From Patescibacteria group bacterium (GTDB lineage Bacteria; Patescibacteriota; Minisyncoccia; Phycocordibacterales; UBA2100), in NCBI GenBank assembly GCA_038064835.1, contig JBBTSD010000007.1, positions 4,893 to 68,892 on the forward strand: 64,000 bases of DNA. The letters are read 5' to 3'. This document shows, in pieces, positions 28,579 to 39,419 of this stretch (position 1 is the stretch's first letter; every line of letters begins with the position of its first letter). A program made the translations under genes and the position numbers. Under the pieces are notes generated by a model. The model did not search any database, was not told where the DNA came from, and saw nothing but the letters and a program-made list of their open reading frames with translations.

Positions 28579-29505
28579 ATGCGTATCATTATCACGGGAG
28601 CGCGTGGATTTGCAGGTGCCCATCTGGGAAACGCGCTCACCGCGCGAAATCACACAGTGCTGGGCATTGACGACTTGAGTGCTCCTAGCGGCAACCCAGT
28701 CCGATTCCCCATAAAGATTGGAAAGGCGCGATCTCTCAAGGGAGATCTGTTAAAAGATACCGATGTCTTGATCCATCTTGCCGCGCGCATAAATGTAGAC
28801 GAATCGATTCTTGAGCCCTCGCTCTACTTTACTGAAAATGTAGGCGACACCTTGGAACTACTCGAAACAGTGCGCCGACATGCCCCTCGCATCAAATTCA
28901 TTTACGCATCCACCTCAGAAGTGTATGGATCCGGTGATAACTCGCCCATGTCTGAAGTTCATCCACTTCGACCTGCGTCACCTTATGCAGTGTCTAAACT
29001 CGCAGCAGAGCAACTCTGTGCTAATTATCGCGACATACACGGTCTTGATATGACGATTGCACGAAATTTCAACACATTTGGTGAGTACCAACGAGATGGC
29101 ATGTATGGTGGTGTTATACCTAAATTCGTAAGTCAAGGGCTGGCGAAAAAGCCAATTACCGTTTTTGGCGACGGTACGCAATCCCGCGACTACATGCATG
29201 TCTCTCAAGCCATTAATGGTTACATTATGGCCACAGAGGGTCGCATGCCCGCTCTTTTTAATTGCGGTTCGGGACAGTCACATCGCATCATCGACATAGC
29301 GAAGGCCATAGCAAAGAAATTTCATGTCCCCATCACTCACCACGAGCCACGGCCCAACGAGGTGCAGTACCTTTGTGTCGATTGCCGTCTTGCCCAGAAG
29401 CATGGGTACCCAGTCACAACCGATTTCTGGGCAATGCTTGACAGCTACTGCGACTGGCGAAAAGAGCCGCAGTCATCCCCACATGAATTTGCACATTTGG
29501 CTTAA
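28579..29505 (+). CDS. NAD-dependent epimerase/dehydratase (dTDP-glucose 4,6-dehydratase-like)
   Basis: TGARGFAG, HLAA, STSEVYG, SPYAVSK, GDGTQSRDY. Confidence 0.88.
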   Translation: MRIIITGARGFAGAHLGNALTARNHTVLGIDDLSAPSGNPVRFPIKIGKARSLKGDLLKDTDVLIHLAARINVDESILEPSLYFTENVGDTLELLETVRRHAPRIKFIYASTSEVYGSGDNSPMSEVHPLRPASPYAVSKLAAEQLCANYRDIHGLDMTIARNFNTFGEYQRDGMYGGVIPKFVSQGLAKKPITVFGDGTQSRDYMHVSQAINGYIMATEGRMPALFNCGSGQSHRIIDIAKAIAKKFHVPITHHEPRPNEVQYLCVDCRLAQKHGYPVTTDFWAMLDSYCDWRKEPQSSPHEFAHLA

Positions 29506-30622
29506 AAAGGTCGCATTTAAGCTGCGTGGTGGTGTATTGACTCTACGCCCACAGGGCCATCGCGTGCGAGGAAATGTCTTACTATCTCACGATACGGTCG
29601 CATTTTTCAGAGACGACTATGATCCACTTAATGGGCACCCAAATTATTGGACTGCCAAACAGTTCGCTCAGATATTTCTAGATTTAGGATATGTCGTAGA
29701 TGTAATCAGGGCCACCAACCGCTCATTTATGCCGAAAAAAAAATATGCCTACATGCTCGATGTTGACGAGAACCTTGGGCGTCTGGCCCCGTTACTCAAC
29801 AAAGAGTGTGTGAAAATTTTCCACATTGCCGCTGCGCATTGGCTTTTCCAGAACACAGCCGAGTACCAACGTTGCCTGGCACTGCAACAGCGCCGTGGAA
29901 TTACCGTATTCCCACGAAGGACTGTGCAGCCGTCGCGATCCATTGAAAACGCGGATATCGGCGCTTACTATGGCAACGAATTTACACGAGGGACATTCGA
30001 GTTTGCCGGGAAAGAACTCTTCCCTATCCCTGTCCCACTAACACACTCCTATCCTTCACCTAAGGATAAAAATTTTGATGCTGCACGGAAAAATTTCTTA
30101 TGGTTCGCAGGAGCTGGAGCCGTGCATAAGGGACTGGATCTCACCCTGGAAGCATTCGCGGCGCTACCTGACCACCACCTTACTATTTGCGGCAAGGTCG
30201 GAGACGCAGATTTTTTAGAGGCATACAAATACGAGCTGGGATTGCCGAACATTATTCGGCACGGGTGGGTTGATATTGACAGCCCTGCGTTTGAAAAAAT
30301 AAGGAGCCAGTCTATCGGTCTCGTCTTTCCGTCATGCTCGGAAGGAGCTGGACAAGGCGGCCTAGTCGCAACGCATGCGGGGCTCATCCCCATCGTTAGC
30401 TACGAAACAGGTATAAGCGTGCATGACTTCGGTATAGTTCTAAGGGAAAATACTGTAAATGCCATCAAGGAGTCTGTGCTGTATGTATCCAGTATGCCTA
30501 CAGACGAGCTCCGGAGGCGGGCTGTAGCCGGATGGGACCACATGCGCATACATCACTCGCGCGACACATTTACAAACGCTTTTCGAGCAATGATGGACAT
30601 GCTTGAGAAAAGGCGCGAATGA
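29483..30622 (+). CDS. GT-B (GT4-like) glycosyltransferase
   Basis: HKGLDL, FPSCSEG motif. Confidence 0.8.
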   Translation: MNLHIWLKKVAFKLRGGVLTLRPQGHRVRGNVLLSHDTVAFFRDDYDPLNGHPNYWTAKQFAQIFLDLGYVVDVIRATNRSFMPKKKYAYMLDVDENLGRLAPLLNKECVKIFHIAAAHWLFQNTAEYQRCLALQQRRGITVFPRRTVQPSRSIENADIGAYYGNEFTRGTFEFAGKELFPIPVPLTHSYPSPKDKNFDAARKNFLWFAGAGAVHKGLDLTLEAFAALPDHHLTICGKVGDADFLEAYKYELGLPNIIRHGWVDIDSPAFEKIRSQSIGLVFPSCSEGAGQGGLVATHAGLIPIVSYETGISVHDFGIVLRENTVNAIKESVLYVSSMPTDELRRRAVAGWDHMRIHHSRDTFTNAFRAMMDMLEKRRE

Positions 30623-30625
30623 CCT

Positions 30626-31483
30626 ATGAACAACCCTCTCATAACTGTCGTCATACCTGTTTGGAACGACGAGGCGTGTATAGCGCGCGCCATCAACTCG
30701 ATGCGCAATCAAACATACAAGAACCTTGAAATTATCGTAGTCGACGATGGGTCGACAGATGGAACAAAAGCCGTGGTTCAAGCCATTGCGAAAGAGGACT
30801 CGCGTGTTCAGTATCATTATCACCGTGACCCGAGAGAAAAGCGCACCAACTGGCGAGGGTATGATATTAATGCCGGGTATGCCGCACGCAACTATGGATT
30901 TAAACTAGCAAAAGGCGAATGGATCACCACACAGGATTCTGATGATGCTTCTCTACTCAACCGCGTAGAAATTCAATATCATCTCGCTGAGAAATATAAG
31001 GCGGCACTTGTGACAATCCAATGGTATCAGCTCACTGAAGCGAACTTATCGAAGGGTCTCGATGTCGAGCGTGTTATTCGCGAAAAAGGTGAGGCTAGCG
31101 TTGTCATAAAACCCGAGACAATTTCGGCGCTTGCAGAAGCAAATCGAGGTATCCTCATGCACGAACCGTTTCATCGATTTATCCCCTTCCCTGTCAAATG
31201 GTTTCCTTACACACGGAAGCTTTTCTATCGACGCACCGATGCCTATCCGGGAGCCGACAACAGCATGATGTTCCACAGGCGCGTACGCGATGAGGGCTTC
31301 TACTTCCGCCATCGCAACGAGCGCACTTGGGGCGTACCCAGTGGACGCGGGAGTGGACGCGACTTTGCATTTCGCGTGGCAGTCCATTTTAAGAACAGTT
31401 GGTCCTTCCGGCTCCCCCTTTACTTGTGGGATGTGAGGACACAGAATGCAGAGTACGCAGACTACGATAAATATCTTGTATGA
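30626..31483 (+). CDS. GT2 glycosyltransferase
   Basis: VVIPVWN, VDDGSTDGT, ARN, QDSDD. Confidence 0.9.
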   Translation: MNNPLITVVIPVWNDEACIARAINSMRNQTYKNLEIIVVDDGSTDGTKAVVQAIAKEDSRVQYHYHRDPREKRTNWRGYDINAGYAARNYGFKLAKGEWITTQDSDDASLLNRVEIQYHLAEKYKAALVTIQWYQLTEANLSKGLDVERVIREKGEASVVIKPETISALAEANRGILMHEPFHRFIPFPVKWFPYTRKLFYRRTDAYPGADNSMMFHRRVRDEGFYFRHRNERTWGVPSGRGSGRDFAFRVAVHFKNSWSFRLPLYLWDVRTQNAEYADYDKYLV

Positions 31484-32376
31484 AGTTCTCTATTGTGACC
31501 CCTTCTTACAACATGGAGACTTGGATCTCCAGAACGATTGAATCCATCGTAACACAGGAGGGTGACTTCGAGCTTGAATACATCTTAGCCGATGGAAATT
31601 CAACCGACCGGACAGTTGCGTTGTTCGAGGAGTATCGAGCGCGCATAGAGCGTAAGGAACTCCCTGTGCGTTGCAGACAAATAACCATGAAAAGTTTTTC
31701 AGAAAAAGATAGCGGAACATTCGATGCAATTAATAAAGGATTCGCCTGCGCAACCGGAGATGTCTATACTTGGGCAGATGCCGACAATACATATACTCCA
31801 GGAGCATTGGAAGCCGTAAGAAAAACATTTGATACTTTTCCTGATATAGCGTGGGTGCATGGAGTTTCAGGTGCAATGAACAACCGCTGGGAGGAAACAG
31901 CTAGTGGCACATGCCGTCTGTATCGAGAAAAATGGCTTCGTGAGGGTGTGTACGGAATGGAATCCTATCCAGTAGCGCAGAATGGATGTTTTTGGAGAGC
32001 CGCCCTTTGGAAAAAGGTTGGCCCTATCCCCACTGAACTTCGAGTGGCGGGTGATTACTGGCTTTGGCAGAGGATGGCAAGACATGCGTCGATGTGGTCG
32101 CTCGATGTAAACCTTGGAACCTTCATGCGCCGACCGGGACAACTCCATACGCAAGGAGGCTACCGCGCGGAGCAATGGAGCGTACGCCCCAAGCGCTCAC
32201 TTGCAGCTTGGCAGGCTCGTATTTTTTTCACCCCTCAATCACGCGCACCAAAATTTTTGCAGCCATTCTTTCTATGGCTGTATTCTGTTCTCTATATACA
32301 CGGCGAGAAACCAGAGTATATTGCATTCGAAAATGGTGTCCCTAAAGTAGTAAGAGCCAGATCATTCATATGCTAG
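31480..32376 (+). CDS. GT2 glycosyltransferase (WcaE-like)
   Basis: SIVTPSYN, DGNSTD, DAINKGF, DADN. Confidence 0.9.
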   Translation: MKFSIVTPSYNMETWISRTIESIVTQEGDFELEYILADGNSTDRTVALFEEYRARIERKELPVRCRQITMKSFSEKDSGTFDAINKGFACATGDVYTWADADNTYTPGALEAVRKTFDTFPDIAWVHGVSGAMNNRWEETASGTCRLYREKWLREGVYGMESYPVAQNGCFWRAALWKKVGPIPTELRVAGDYWLWQRMARHASMWSLDVNLGTFMRRPGQLHTQGGYRAEQWSVRPKRSLAAWQARIFFTPQSRAPKFLQPFFLWLYSVLYIHGEKPEYIAFENGVPKVVRARSFIC

Positions 32377-32427
32377 TATATTTCAATTGCACAGGGTACA
32401 TTTTATATCAAATGCTACAATACTGGC

Positions 32428-33249
32428 ATGAAATATCTTATTCTCGGATCGTCAGGGCAGATTGGCTCTGCGCTACTATCTTATCTGCAAGAACAAGGCA
32501 ACACAGTTTCTTCTTTTGATATAGTAGCCTCGCCACAACAGGATCTTCGAATCCCCAACAACCCCTTCCTTAAGGAAGCGTTGCTTGCTACCGACTTTGT
32601 CTTCTTCCTTGCGTTTGATGTTGGTGGTTCTCGATACCTTGCCCAGTACCAACAAACGCCAGATTTCATCGACAATAACATGGCACTCATGTTGCACACA
32701 TTCCGCGCACTGAAGCAGTATGCTAAACCTTTTATATTTGCATCGAGTCAAATGGCTACAATGGACCACTCCTCCTATGGGCGGGCGAAAGCGCTCGGGG
32801 AGAGCTATGCATCAACACTCAATGGAATCATCGTTAAATTTTGGAATGTGTATGGTGTAGAGCATGACGAGCGAAAAGCTCATGTCATTACTGATTTCAT
32901 CAGAAAGGCCCGGGATACGCAGCGCATTGACATGCTCACTGACGGAACCGAAGAACGTCAATTTTTGCATGCATTGGATTGTTCGCGAGCGCTCGAAGCA
33001 TTGGCACGAGTCCACGCGGACATCCCGCGCACCAAAGAGCTTCATATTACGAGTTTTGAATGGACTCGCATTATTGACATTGCAAACCTGGTTGCAGAAC
33101 ACTTTCCCGGAACGATTGTCGCGCCCGCCAATAATACAGATGGAGTACAGAAAGGTATCCGCAACGAGCCGGATCACTTCATACTCAACTACTGGAAACC
33201 AGAAATCGGCATTCGCGATGGTGTTGCTAAGATTGTGAGCGCCTTGTGA
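32428..33249 (+). CDS. NAD-dependent epimerase/dehydratase
   Basis: GSSGQIG, YGRAK, NVYG, DGTEERQF. Confidence 0.8.
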   Translation: MKYLILGSSGQIGSALLSYLQEQGNTVSSFDIVASPQQDLRIPNNPFLKEALLATDFVFFLAFDVGGSRYLAQYQQTPDFIDNNMALMLHTFRALKQYAKPFIFASSQMATMDHSSYGRAKALGESYASTLNGIIVKFWNVYGVEHDERKAHVITDFIRKARDTQRIDMLTDGTEERQFLHALDCSRALEALARVHADIPRTKELHITSFEWTRIIDIANLVAEHFPGTIVAPANNTDGVQKGIRNEPDHFILNYWKPEIGIRDGVAKIVSAL

Positions 33250-33250
33250 T

Positions 33251-33937
33251 ATGCCTCTAAAAAGATTTTTGCGGCGATTTGGCTACGATATCCGCCGGTA
33301 CCATTCTTTGTCTGATACGGTACTCCGGCACCACGATATAAAAACGGTCTTGGATATAGGGGCAAACGACGGGCATTGGTCTGCTGAAATGCGCTTACTT
33401 CTGCCTCGAGCCCAGATCTACGCTTTTGAACCTCTCGCCGATTGCTTTAAACGCACCGACACTACGCTCCATGGCAATTCTCGTGCCAAAGCCTTTCACA
33501 TGGCATTAGGAGCAGAGGATGGATCTACAGAAATTGAACGGAGTTCCTTTCATCCCAGTTCGTCCCTCCGCAGGATGACGCAGTTACATAAAGACCTGTA
33601 CCCGAAAAGTGCCGAGTCAACACGAGAAAAAATTACGATTAGAAAGCTGGATTCAATCATGAAGGATTTAGAACTGACACCAAACATTCTTATAAAAATG
33701 GATGTGCAAGGCTACGAAGATAAAGTGATTGAGGGCGGCAAAGAGACATTTAGGAAAGCAAAGGTAGTGATAACTGAAGCGGCGTTCGACCCGCTTTATG
33801 TGGACCAACCTCTATTTGGGACAATACACGACATGCTTTCGGTACTGGGATTTTCATACCACGGAAACTGTGCGGAACATTTTTCACCAAAGACCGGCAA
33901 ACGACTCTATGAAGACTCAGTGTTCATTCGCGACTAA
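33251..33937 (+). CDS. FkbM-family methyltransferase
   Basis: LDIGANDG, AFEP, IKMDVQGYE. Confidence 0.9.
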   Translation: MPLKRFLRRFGYDIRRYHSLSDTVLRHHDIKTVLDIGANDGHWSAEMRLLLPRAQIYAFEPLADCFKRTDTTLHGNSRAKAFHMALGAEDGSTEIERSSFHPSSSLRRMTQLHKDLYPKSAESTREKITIRKLDSIMKDLELTPNILIKMDVQGYEDKVIEGGKETFRKAKVVITEAAFDPLYVDQPLFGTIHDMLSVLGFSYHGNCAEHFSPKTGKRLYEDSVFIRD

Positions 33938-34978
33938 CTCCTTAAAATACTTCGCTAGATTTTCCGTACATTTATCTGCATCGAGGTGACGCTCTGCGTA
34001 TGTGCGCGCCTCTCGTCCAAGCGAGTCGCGAAGTTGCTTATCACTAAGCACCTTTTCTAGGGTACCTCGCATTACGCTCACATCTTTTTCGGAAACCAGG
34101 AACCCAGTTTTTCCGTCTTCAATGTATGAAGCCATGGTATCGGTATGCGACGCAATAATTGCCTTCCCCATGGCCAATGCTTCTTGGACAACGGAGACCC
34201 CCATTGCATCGTTAAGACCACTTGAAGTATCAAGCGGAATTACCACAACTGCAGATTGTGCATACTCATGTCGCAACTCTTCAATCGACAGGCGTTTGTG
34301 AACAACATTTTCAGGCAGGGCACCCATCCCCTGCACACGATGCTCGTATGTCGTGAATCGAACCGTGACTGGCAAACCCTTACATGCGGCAAAAAGAGTC
34401 TTGTAATCGCGATCCGGATCTGTGCCAGGCACAAATATTTGCATTATCTCCGGAACATCCTGAGGCTTAAAAAAATCAATATCAAGGCCGTAAGGAATGA
34501 AAGCAATCTTTTCAGCAAGATGAGGGAACCGAGATTTAAGTTTTTCTGCTTCTCCCAGACTGAGCGTGACAATTCCCCCACAACGAGAAACCAAAAAGCG
34601 GAAAAGTTTTTGCCTAAAGGATTGCTCTTTCCCAAGAAGCCCCATGATACTAAAGTCAAACATGACCCATAACGGCTTTCTGATACCAAGCGTCGCGTGG
34701 ATAAGCTGACTGCCAAACGCCCCGGCTGTGTATACGATGTCGTAAGAAAAAAACCTCAAAAAGAAAGGGATGTGTGCAAAGTAGGATCCGAGGAACCACC
34801 GTCGTAAGAACTTGCACAGCCACCCCGGGAGATACTGTTCGAGTTCTACAAATTCCGCCTCGACACCAAACTTTGGCAAACGCAACATACCCCAGAAACC
34901 GTTGCCCAGATCCTCGCCTCGCCTCACTGCTTCGAGCGTATGCGTCCGCGTACCAGTAAAAAGATAGAGAACGCGCAT
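33917..34978 (-). CDS. GT4 glycosyltransferase
   Basis: RDY, GVSVVQEALAMGKAII, DGKTGFLV. Confidence 0.87.
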   Translation of the reverse strand: MRVLYLFTGTRTHTLEAVRRGEDLGNGFWGMLRLPKFGVEAEFVELEQYLPGWLCKFLRRWFLGSYFAHIPFFLRFFSYDIVYTAGAFGSQLIHATLGIRKPLWVMFDFSIMGLLGKEQSFRQKLFRFLVSRCGGIVTLSLGEAEKLKSRFPHLAEKIAFIPYGLDIDFFKPQDVPEIMQIFVPGTDPDRDYKTLFAACKGLPVTVRFTTYEHRVQGMGALPENVVHKRLSIEELRHEYAQSAVVVIPLDTSSGLNDAMGVSVVQEALAMGKAIIASHTDTMASYIEDGKTGFLVSEKDVSVMRGTLEKVLSDKQLRDSLGREARTYAERHLDADKCTENLAKYFKELVANEH

Positions 34979-35040
34979 AGGAGTATTCTGACTTCTATAC
35001 ACCCCTTTTGCAATGCTACAAAGTACGGCACTATACAGGC

Positions 35041-35949
35041 ATGCACTACCCGAAAATATCCGTAGTCACCCAATGTTTCAACCGCGAGAAGTACATTGCC
35101 GAGACAATTGAGTCAGTACTTTCCCAGGGCTATCCTAATCTTGAGTACATTGTCATTGATGATGGTTCCACAGACAAAAGCTGGGAAATAATCCAGAAGT
35201 ATAAAGACAAACTCGCTCACTGTGAACGACTGTCTGGTAAACGCACTTCACCTATACAGGCCTACAATTACGGTCTTTCCAAAACAACCGGAGAAATTAT
35301 GGCGACTCTAAATGACAAAAATAAATACATGCCCAAGAGCCTTTTTGCCATTGCAAAAGTATTCTCTACCTACTCTGACATTGAGTGGCTTACCGGTATT
35401 GGCCTTTTACTCAACGAAGAAGGCCTTGTGACAAATGTTCTTCCTGTACGCCGAGACTTTTACGAGCATATGATCAACCTTCCTTGGAACATGCAGCACG
35501 AATCTACTTTCTGGCGCAGGTCACTTTGGGAAAAAGCTGGCAGTAAATTTGACGATGAATTTCCTTGGGCATTTGATTTGGGCTTGTGGCGAAAATTCTT
35601 TTTTGAGGCGAAGCTGTATCATCTAAACACTATCGTTGGTGCGTATCGGAAACTTCCTACCGCACAAAGCTCTGCGCGCAAAGAAGAATTTTTTGAATAT
35701 TGCAACAAAGCACGCGCCGAGATGCGGGCTCGCGCAACAAAAACAGACATTCTTTATACCGAATTGTACCGTTCGCTGCGTCCTTTAAAGCCGATCCTTC
35801 GCAACATCCCTGATTCTATGTGGGCGCGACTCCCCATACTAAAGAAGCTCTCCCATGAAGCCGTGGCATTTCAAAACCTAAATGACAGCACTCTACCGGC
35901 GCTCAAACGCTACAAAAGAAATCCCTTCCGCACTATATTCCCTTGGTGA
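35041..35949 (+). CDS. GT2 glycosyltransferase
   Basis: ISVVT, IDDGSTDKS, QHESTFWR. Confidence 0.88.
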   Translation: MHYPKISVVTQCFNREKYIAETIESVLSQGYPNLEYIVIDDGSTDKSWEIIQKYKDKLAHCERLSGKRTSPIQAYNYGLSKTTGEIMATLNDKNKYMPKSLFAIAKVFSTYSDIEWLTGIGLLLNEEGLVTNVLPVRRDFYEHMINLPWNMQHESTFWRRSLWEKAGSKFDDEFPWAFDLGLWRKFFFEAKLYHLNTIVGAYRKLPTAQSSARKEEFFEYCNKARAEMRARATKTDILYTELYRSLRPLKPILRNIPDSMWARLPILKKLSHEAVAFQNLNDSTLPALKRYKRNPFRTIFPW

Positions 35950-36021
35950 AATATTATAGAACAAAAATGGTCTTTTTCAAGGATGCTACAAACATCATTT
36001 TCCCGTAGTATGGCGAAACCT

Positions 36022-36990
36022 ATGAAAAAGGCCTTAGTACTCGGTGGTGGTGGCTTTATCGGAAGCCACATAGTAAAGCGACTTCGTAAAGAAGCCTATT
36101 TCGTCCGAGCTGTTGATCTCAAGCACCCAGAATTTTCCCCGAGCCTCGCAAACGAGATGATTATCGGCGATCTCAGAGACCCTGTTGTTTGCGCCGAAGT
36201 CCTAAACGAGCCTTTTGATCGGGTGTACCAACTCGCGGCAGATATGGGTGGCGCAGGATTCGTTTTCACTGGCGATAACGACGCTGAGATTTTGCACAAT
36301 TCCGCAGCAATCAACTTGAATATCGCACGCCAAGCCTCCCAAGTGGGCGTTGGGACCTTGTTCTATTCTTCTTCTGCCTGTATCTACCCCGAACGCAACC
36401 AAATGGACCCTGAGAACCCAAATTGTGAGGAGTCGTCTGCATACCCAGCAGCGCCGGACAGCGAGTATGGTTGGGAAAAGATATTCAGTGAGCGTATGTA
36501 TGCCGCATTCGCTCGAAACAAAAATTTGAATGTGCGTATTGCCCGATTCCATAACATCTTCGGTCCTGAAGGAACATGGCGAGGTGGCCGCGAAAAATCC
36601 CCTGCGGCAATTTGTCGCAAAGTAGCCGAAGCTCAAGACAGTGGCACGATTGAAATGTGGGGGGACGGCACGCAAACCCGATCGTTCTTGTATATCGACG
36701 AATGTGTCGAAGGTGTCGAGCGACTTATTCAGTCTGATTTTATGGGGCCGGTCAACATTGGTTCCGACGAGATGGTCACATTAAACGATCTGGCGCGGAT
36801 GGTGTGCGCTATTAGCGGGAAGTATGTACATATCAAGCATATTCCAGGACCCCTTGGTGTTCGCGGCCGCAACTCTCACAACAAACTAATTAAGGAGAAG
36901 CTTGGATGGGCGCCCACAAAACCTCTCAAGGACGGCATGGAGAAAACCTATGTATGGATCGAGCAACAAATTCAAAAGGCAACAGCCTAA
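36022..36990 (+). CDS. GDP-mannose 3,5-epimerase-like SDR
   Basis: LAADMGG, SSSACIYP, YGWEK, RFHNIFGP, GGREKSPAAICRK, GVRGRNS; start may be 36010. Confidence 0.85.
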   Translation: MKKALVLGGGGFIGSHIVKRLRKEAYFVRAVDLKHPEFSPSLANEMIIGDLRDPVVCAEVLNEPFDRVYQLAADMGGAGFVFTGDNDAEILHNSAAINLNIARQASQVGVGTLFYSSSACIYPERNQMDPENPNCEESSAYPAAPDSEYGWEKIFSERMYAAFARNKNLNVRIARFHNIFGPEGTWRGGREKSPAAICRKVAEAQDSGTIEMWGDGTQTRSFLYIDECVEGVERLIQSDFMGPVNIGSDEMVTLNDLARMVCAISGKYVHIKHIPGPLGVRGRNSHNKLIKEKLGWAPTKPLKDGMEKTYVWIEQQIQKATA

Positions 36991-38309
36991 CCGTATCGGT
37001 GATAGGCTTGGGCAAGCTTGGTAGTTGCTATGCCGCTTTCTGTGCTGGTCGGAGCTTGAATGTCATAGGCACTGACTCTGACTCAAGAAAAGTTGAAGCA
37101 CTCAACGGAGGAACAGCCCCTGTGGAAGAGACTGATTTGCAAACATATATAAAGAAAAACCGCGACCGCTTGCGTGCAGTGCACGGAACACAAGAGGCAA
37201 TCCGAAACTCCTCCGCAACCTTTATCATTGTACCCACACCGAGCCAAAAGAATGGTTCCTTTTCTCTTGCGCCGGCAACTGCAGTGTGCACCGATATTGG
37301 AAATGCGCTCAAAGAAAAGAAGGGGTACCATCTCGTCACCTTGGTCTCCACTGTTCTCCCGGAAGATTGTCGTTCCCACCTCATCCCGGCTATCGAAAAT
37401 GCTTCAGGAAAGCGCTGTGGAGTAGATTTTGGTTTTTGTTATAGCCCCAGCCTTATCGCCATTGGTGATGTCTTAAAGAACCTAGAAAATCCTGACTTTC
37501 TTTTTCTTGGTGCGTTTGATAAGAAGTCCGAGGATACGCTTGCGCATATTTACAGCCAACTCTACCCTTCGGTTGCGCCTGAACGAATGTCTATCGAGAG
37601 CGCCGAGCTGGCAAAGATTGCGCTCAATTCGTTTGTAACAACGAAGATTACATTTGCCAATACACTCGGCATGCTCTGCGAAAAAATTCCGCATGCGAAT
37701 GTCGATCAGATCACGACCGCGCTCGGCAAAGACAAGCGAATCGGTTCGCACTATATAAAAAGTGGCCTTGGTTTTGGTGGGCCATGTTTCCCACGAGACA
37801 ACGCTGCTTTCGCTCAAATGGCAAGTCGTCGTGGCGTAACCACACCACTCGCGCTTGCGACACATGAATTTAACAAAAGTCTCCCAAAACACATTGCTGG
37901 AATCATCGATACCTTCGCAAAACAACATGAAGCAAGGCGTGTCGGTTTCCTTGGGGTGAGCTACAAACCACGCACAACACTGACTGAAGACTCCCAGGCG
38001 CTTTTTATTGCTGAAGAAATAGTGCGCCTAGGCTACAAGATCGCAATATTTGAACCACTCGGCTCGAATGAGGCATCCATGCAGTTTGGCAAGAAAGCTT
38101 TATACCCAGAATCTCTTGAAGACTTGGTAGTGTGGGTTGATGTAATCTTTATCTCAAACAGAGACGAGCGTTTCCGTGAAATCCCCTCTTTATTGAAACG
38201 AAGCGGCGCAAAAAAAGTGATTATCGACCCATGGGGTATGTTCCAGAACAAGGACTTCAACCCGGGTGTTATCTACCACGCACTCGGTCGCTCAAATCCA
38301 TCGCGCTAA
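36954..38309 (+). CDS. Full-length UDP-glucose/GDP-mannose dehydrogenase family protein
   Basis: GLGKLG, IVPTP, GFGGPCFPRD, GVSYKP; start uncertain. Confidence 0.88.
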   Translation: MDRATNSKGNSLTVSVIGLGKLGSCYAAFCAGRSLNVIGTDSDSRKVEALNGGTAPVEETDLQTYIKKNRDRLRAVHGTQEAIRNSSATFIIVPTPSQKNGSFSLAPATAVCTDIGNALKEKKGYHLVTLVSTVLPEDCRSHLIPAIENASGKRCGVDFGFCYSPSLIAIGDVLKNLENPDFLFLGAFDKKSEDTLAHIYSQLYPSVAPERMSIESAELAKIALNSFVTTKITFANTLGMLCEKIPHANVDQITTALGKDKRIGSHYIKSGLGFGGPCFPRDNAAFAQMASRRGVTTPLALATHEFNKSLPKHIAGIIDTFAKQHEARRVGFLGVSYKPRTTLTEDSQALFIAEEIVRLGYKIAIFEPLGSNEASMQFGKKALYPESLEDLVVWVDVIFISNRDERFREIPSLLKRSGAKKVIIDPWGMFQNKDFNPGVIYHALGRSNPSR

Positions 38310-38313
38310 TGCA

Positions 38314-39417
38314 TTACTGACTGATAAAGGTTGCAATTTTCTCAGCGCGGGTGGACCAGCTGAAGGCGGATACTTTTTCTTGTGCCTTGGCACACAACTC
38401 CTGTGCAAGTTGGGTATCTTTAAAAATTCGTTCGACACCCTCTGCAAGCGCTTTCGGATTATCCGGTGGAACAAAAAGCGCTGCACCATCGGCAACCCAG
38501 CGGGTACTTGGTAGGTCGGAAACAACGATTGGGCGATTGGATGCGAGGTGTGCAATAAGTTTTAAGGGTGATGTGAAGCGGACCGATATCTCACTCTTTC
38601 CAGTATTTGGTACCACCAATGCATCCGCGGCGGCCTGATTATTGGCAAGCTCAGAATACGGTTTAAACCCCAGAAAAGTAACTTGAGGGTACTTTTTTGA
38701 AAGTTTAATAACCTGCTCTCTCTCGCCACCAATCACTACGATTCTGACTGCGCTTGGCAAAATTTTCGATGCCTCAAGGAGAGTATCTGTGCCTTTCCAG
38801 CCATCAAGACGGCCTATGTAGAGAACTATTTTTTCGTGTAGCGGTAGACCGAGTCTTGTGCGTGCCGTTTCTTTTGATTCAGGGCAAGCAAAGTCTTCAA
38901 GGTCAATACCGTTTGAAATGGCCAAGAGACGCTCTGCTGGAACACCCTGCTCTTTGTAAAAGTCGGCTGCACCTTCGGTAACCACAATCATTTTTTTTGC
39001 ACGGCGCGCAGTGTAGCGCGCCCATATATTCCAGGATCCGTCGTGGGACTCCCAGACTATTTCTTTTCGGGTAAGCAGTCCAAGAACCGTCAGAACAATT
39101 TCGTCACGGCCGTAGATAATGTCAGACACACGATTCCTTGTATACCACACCGCCGCAAGACCAAACGCAAGGGATTGAAAAATGTATCCGATTCTTCCCC
39201 ACCCAACTGTGTCAATCGTAAAAAGCCGTACCAGCGGAAAGGTTATCTTAATGTTGTAGTAAGAAAACGCGTCAGTAGTAATCGGGCTTCGTCGGTTTGG
39301 TGCCACTAGTTCCACACCGTTCCCTACGCGCACAAAGGCTTCACATGCTTTCATTACCTGCACTCCGTGCGCTTTTTCAGTCGGAATCCGTATGTTTGCC
39401 AAATAAGTAATCTTCAT
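38314..39417 (-). CDS. GT4 glycosyltransferase
   Basis: EKAHGVQ, GRLDGWKG, TSPLKL. Confidence 0.88.
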   Translation of the reverse strand: MKITYLANIRIPTEKAHGVQVMKACEAFVRVGNGVELVAPNRRSPITTDAFSYYNIKITFPLVRLFTIDTVGWGRIGYIFQSLAFGLAAVWYTRNRVSDIIYGRDEIVLTVLGLLTRKEIVWESHDGSWNIWARYTARRAKKMIVVTEGAADFYKEQGVPAERLLAISNGIDLEDFACPESKETARTRLGLPLHEKIVLYIGRLDGWKGTDTLLEASKILPSAVRIVVIGGEREQVIKLSKKYPQVTFLGFKPYSELANNQAAADALVVPNTGKSEISVRFTSPLKLIAHLASNRPIVVSDLPSTRWVADGAALFVPPDNPKALAEGVERIFKDTQLAQELCAKAQEKVSAFSWSTRAEKIATFISQ

Positions 39418-39419
39418 GG

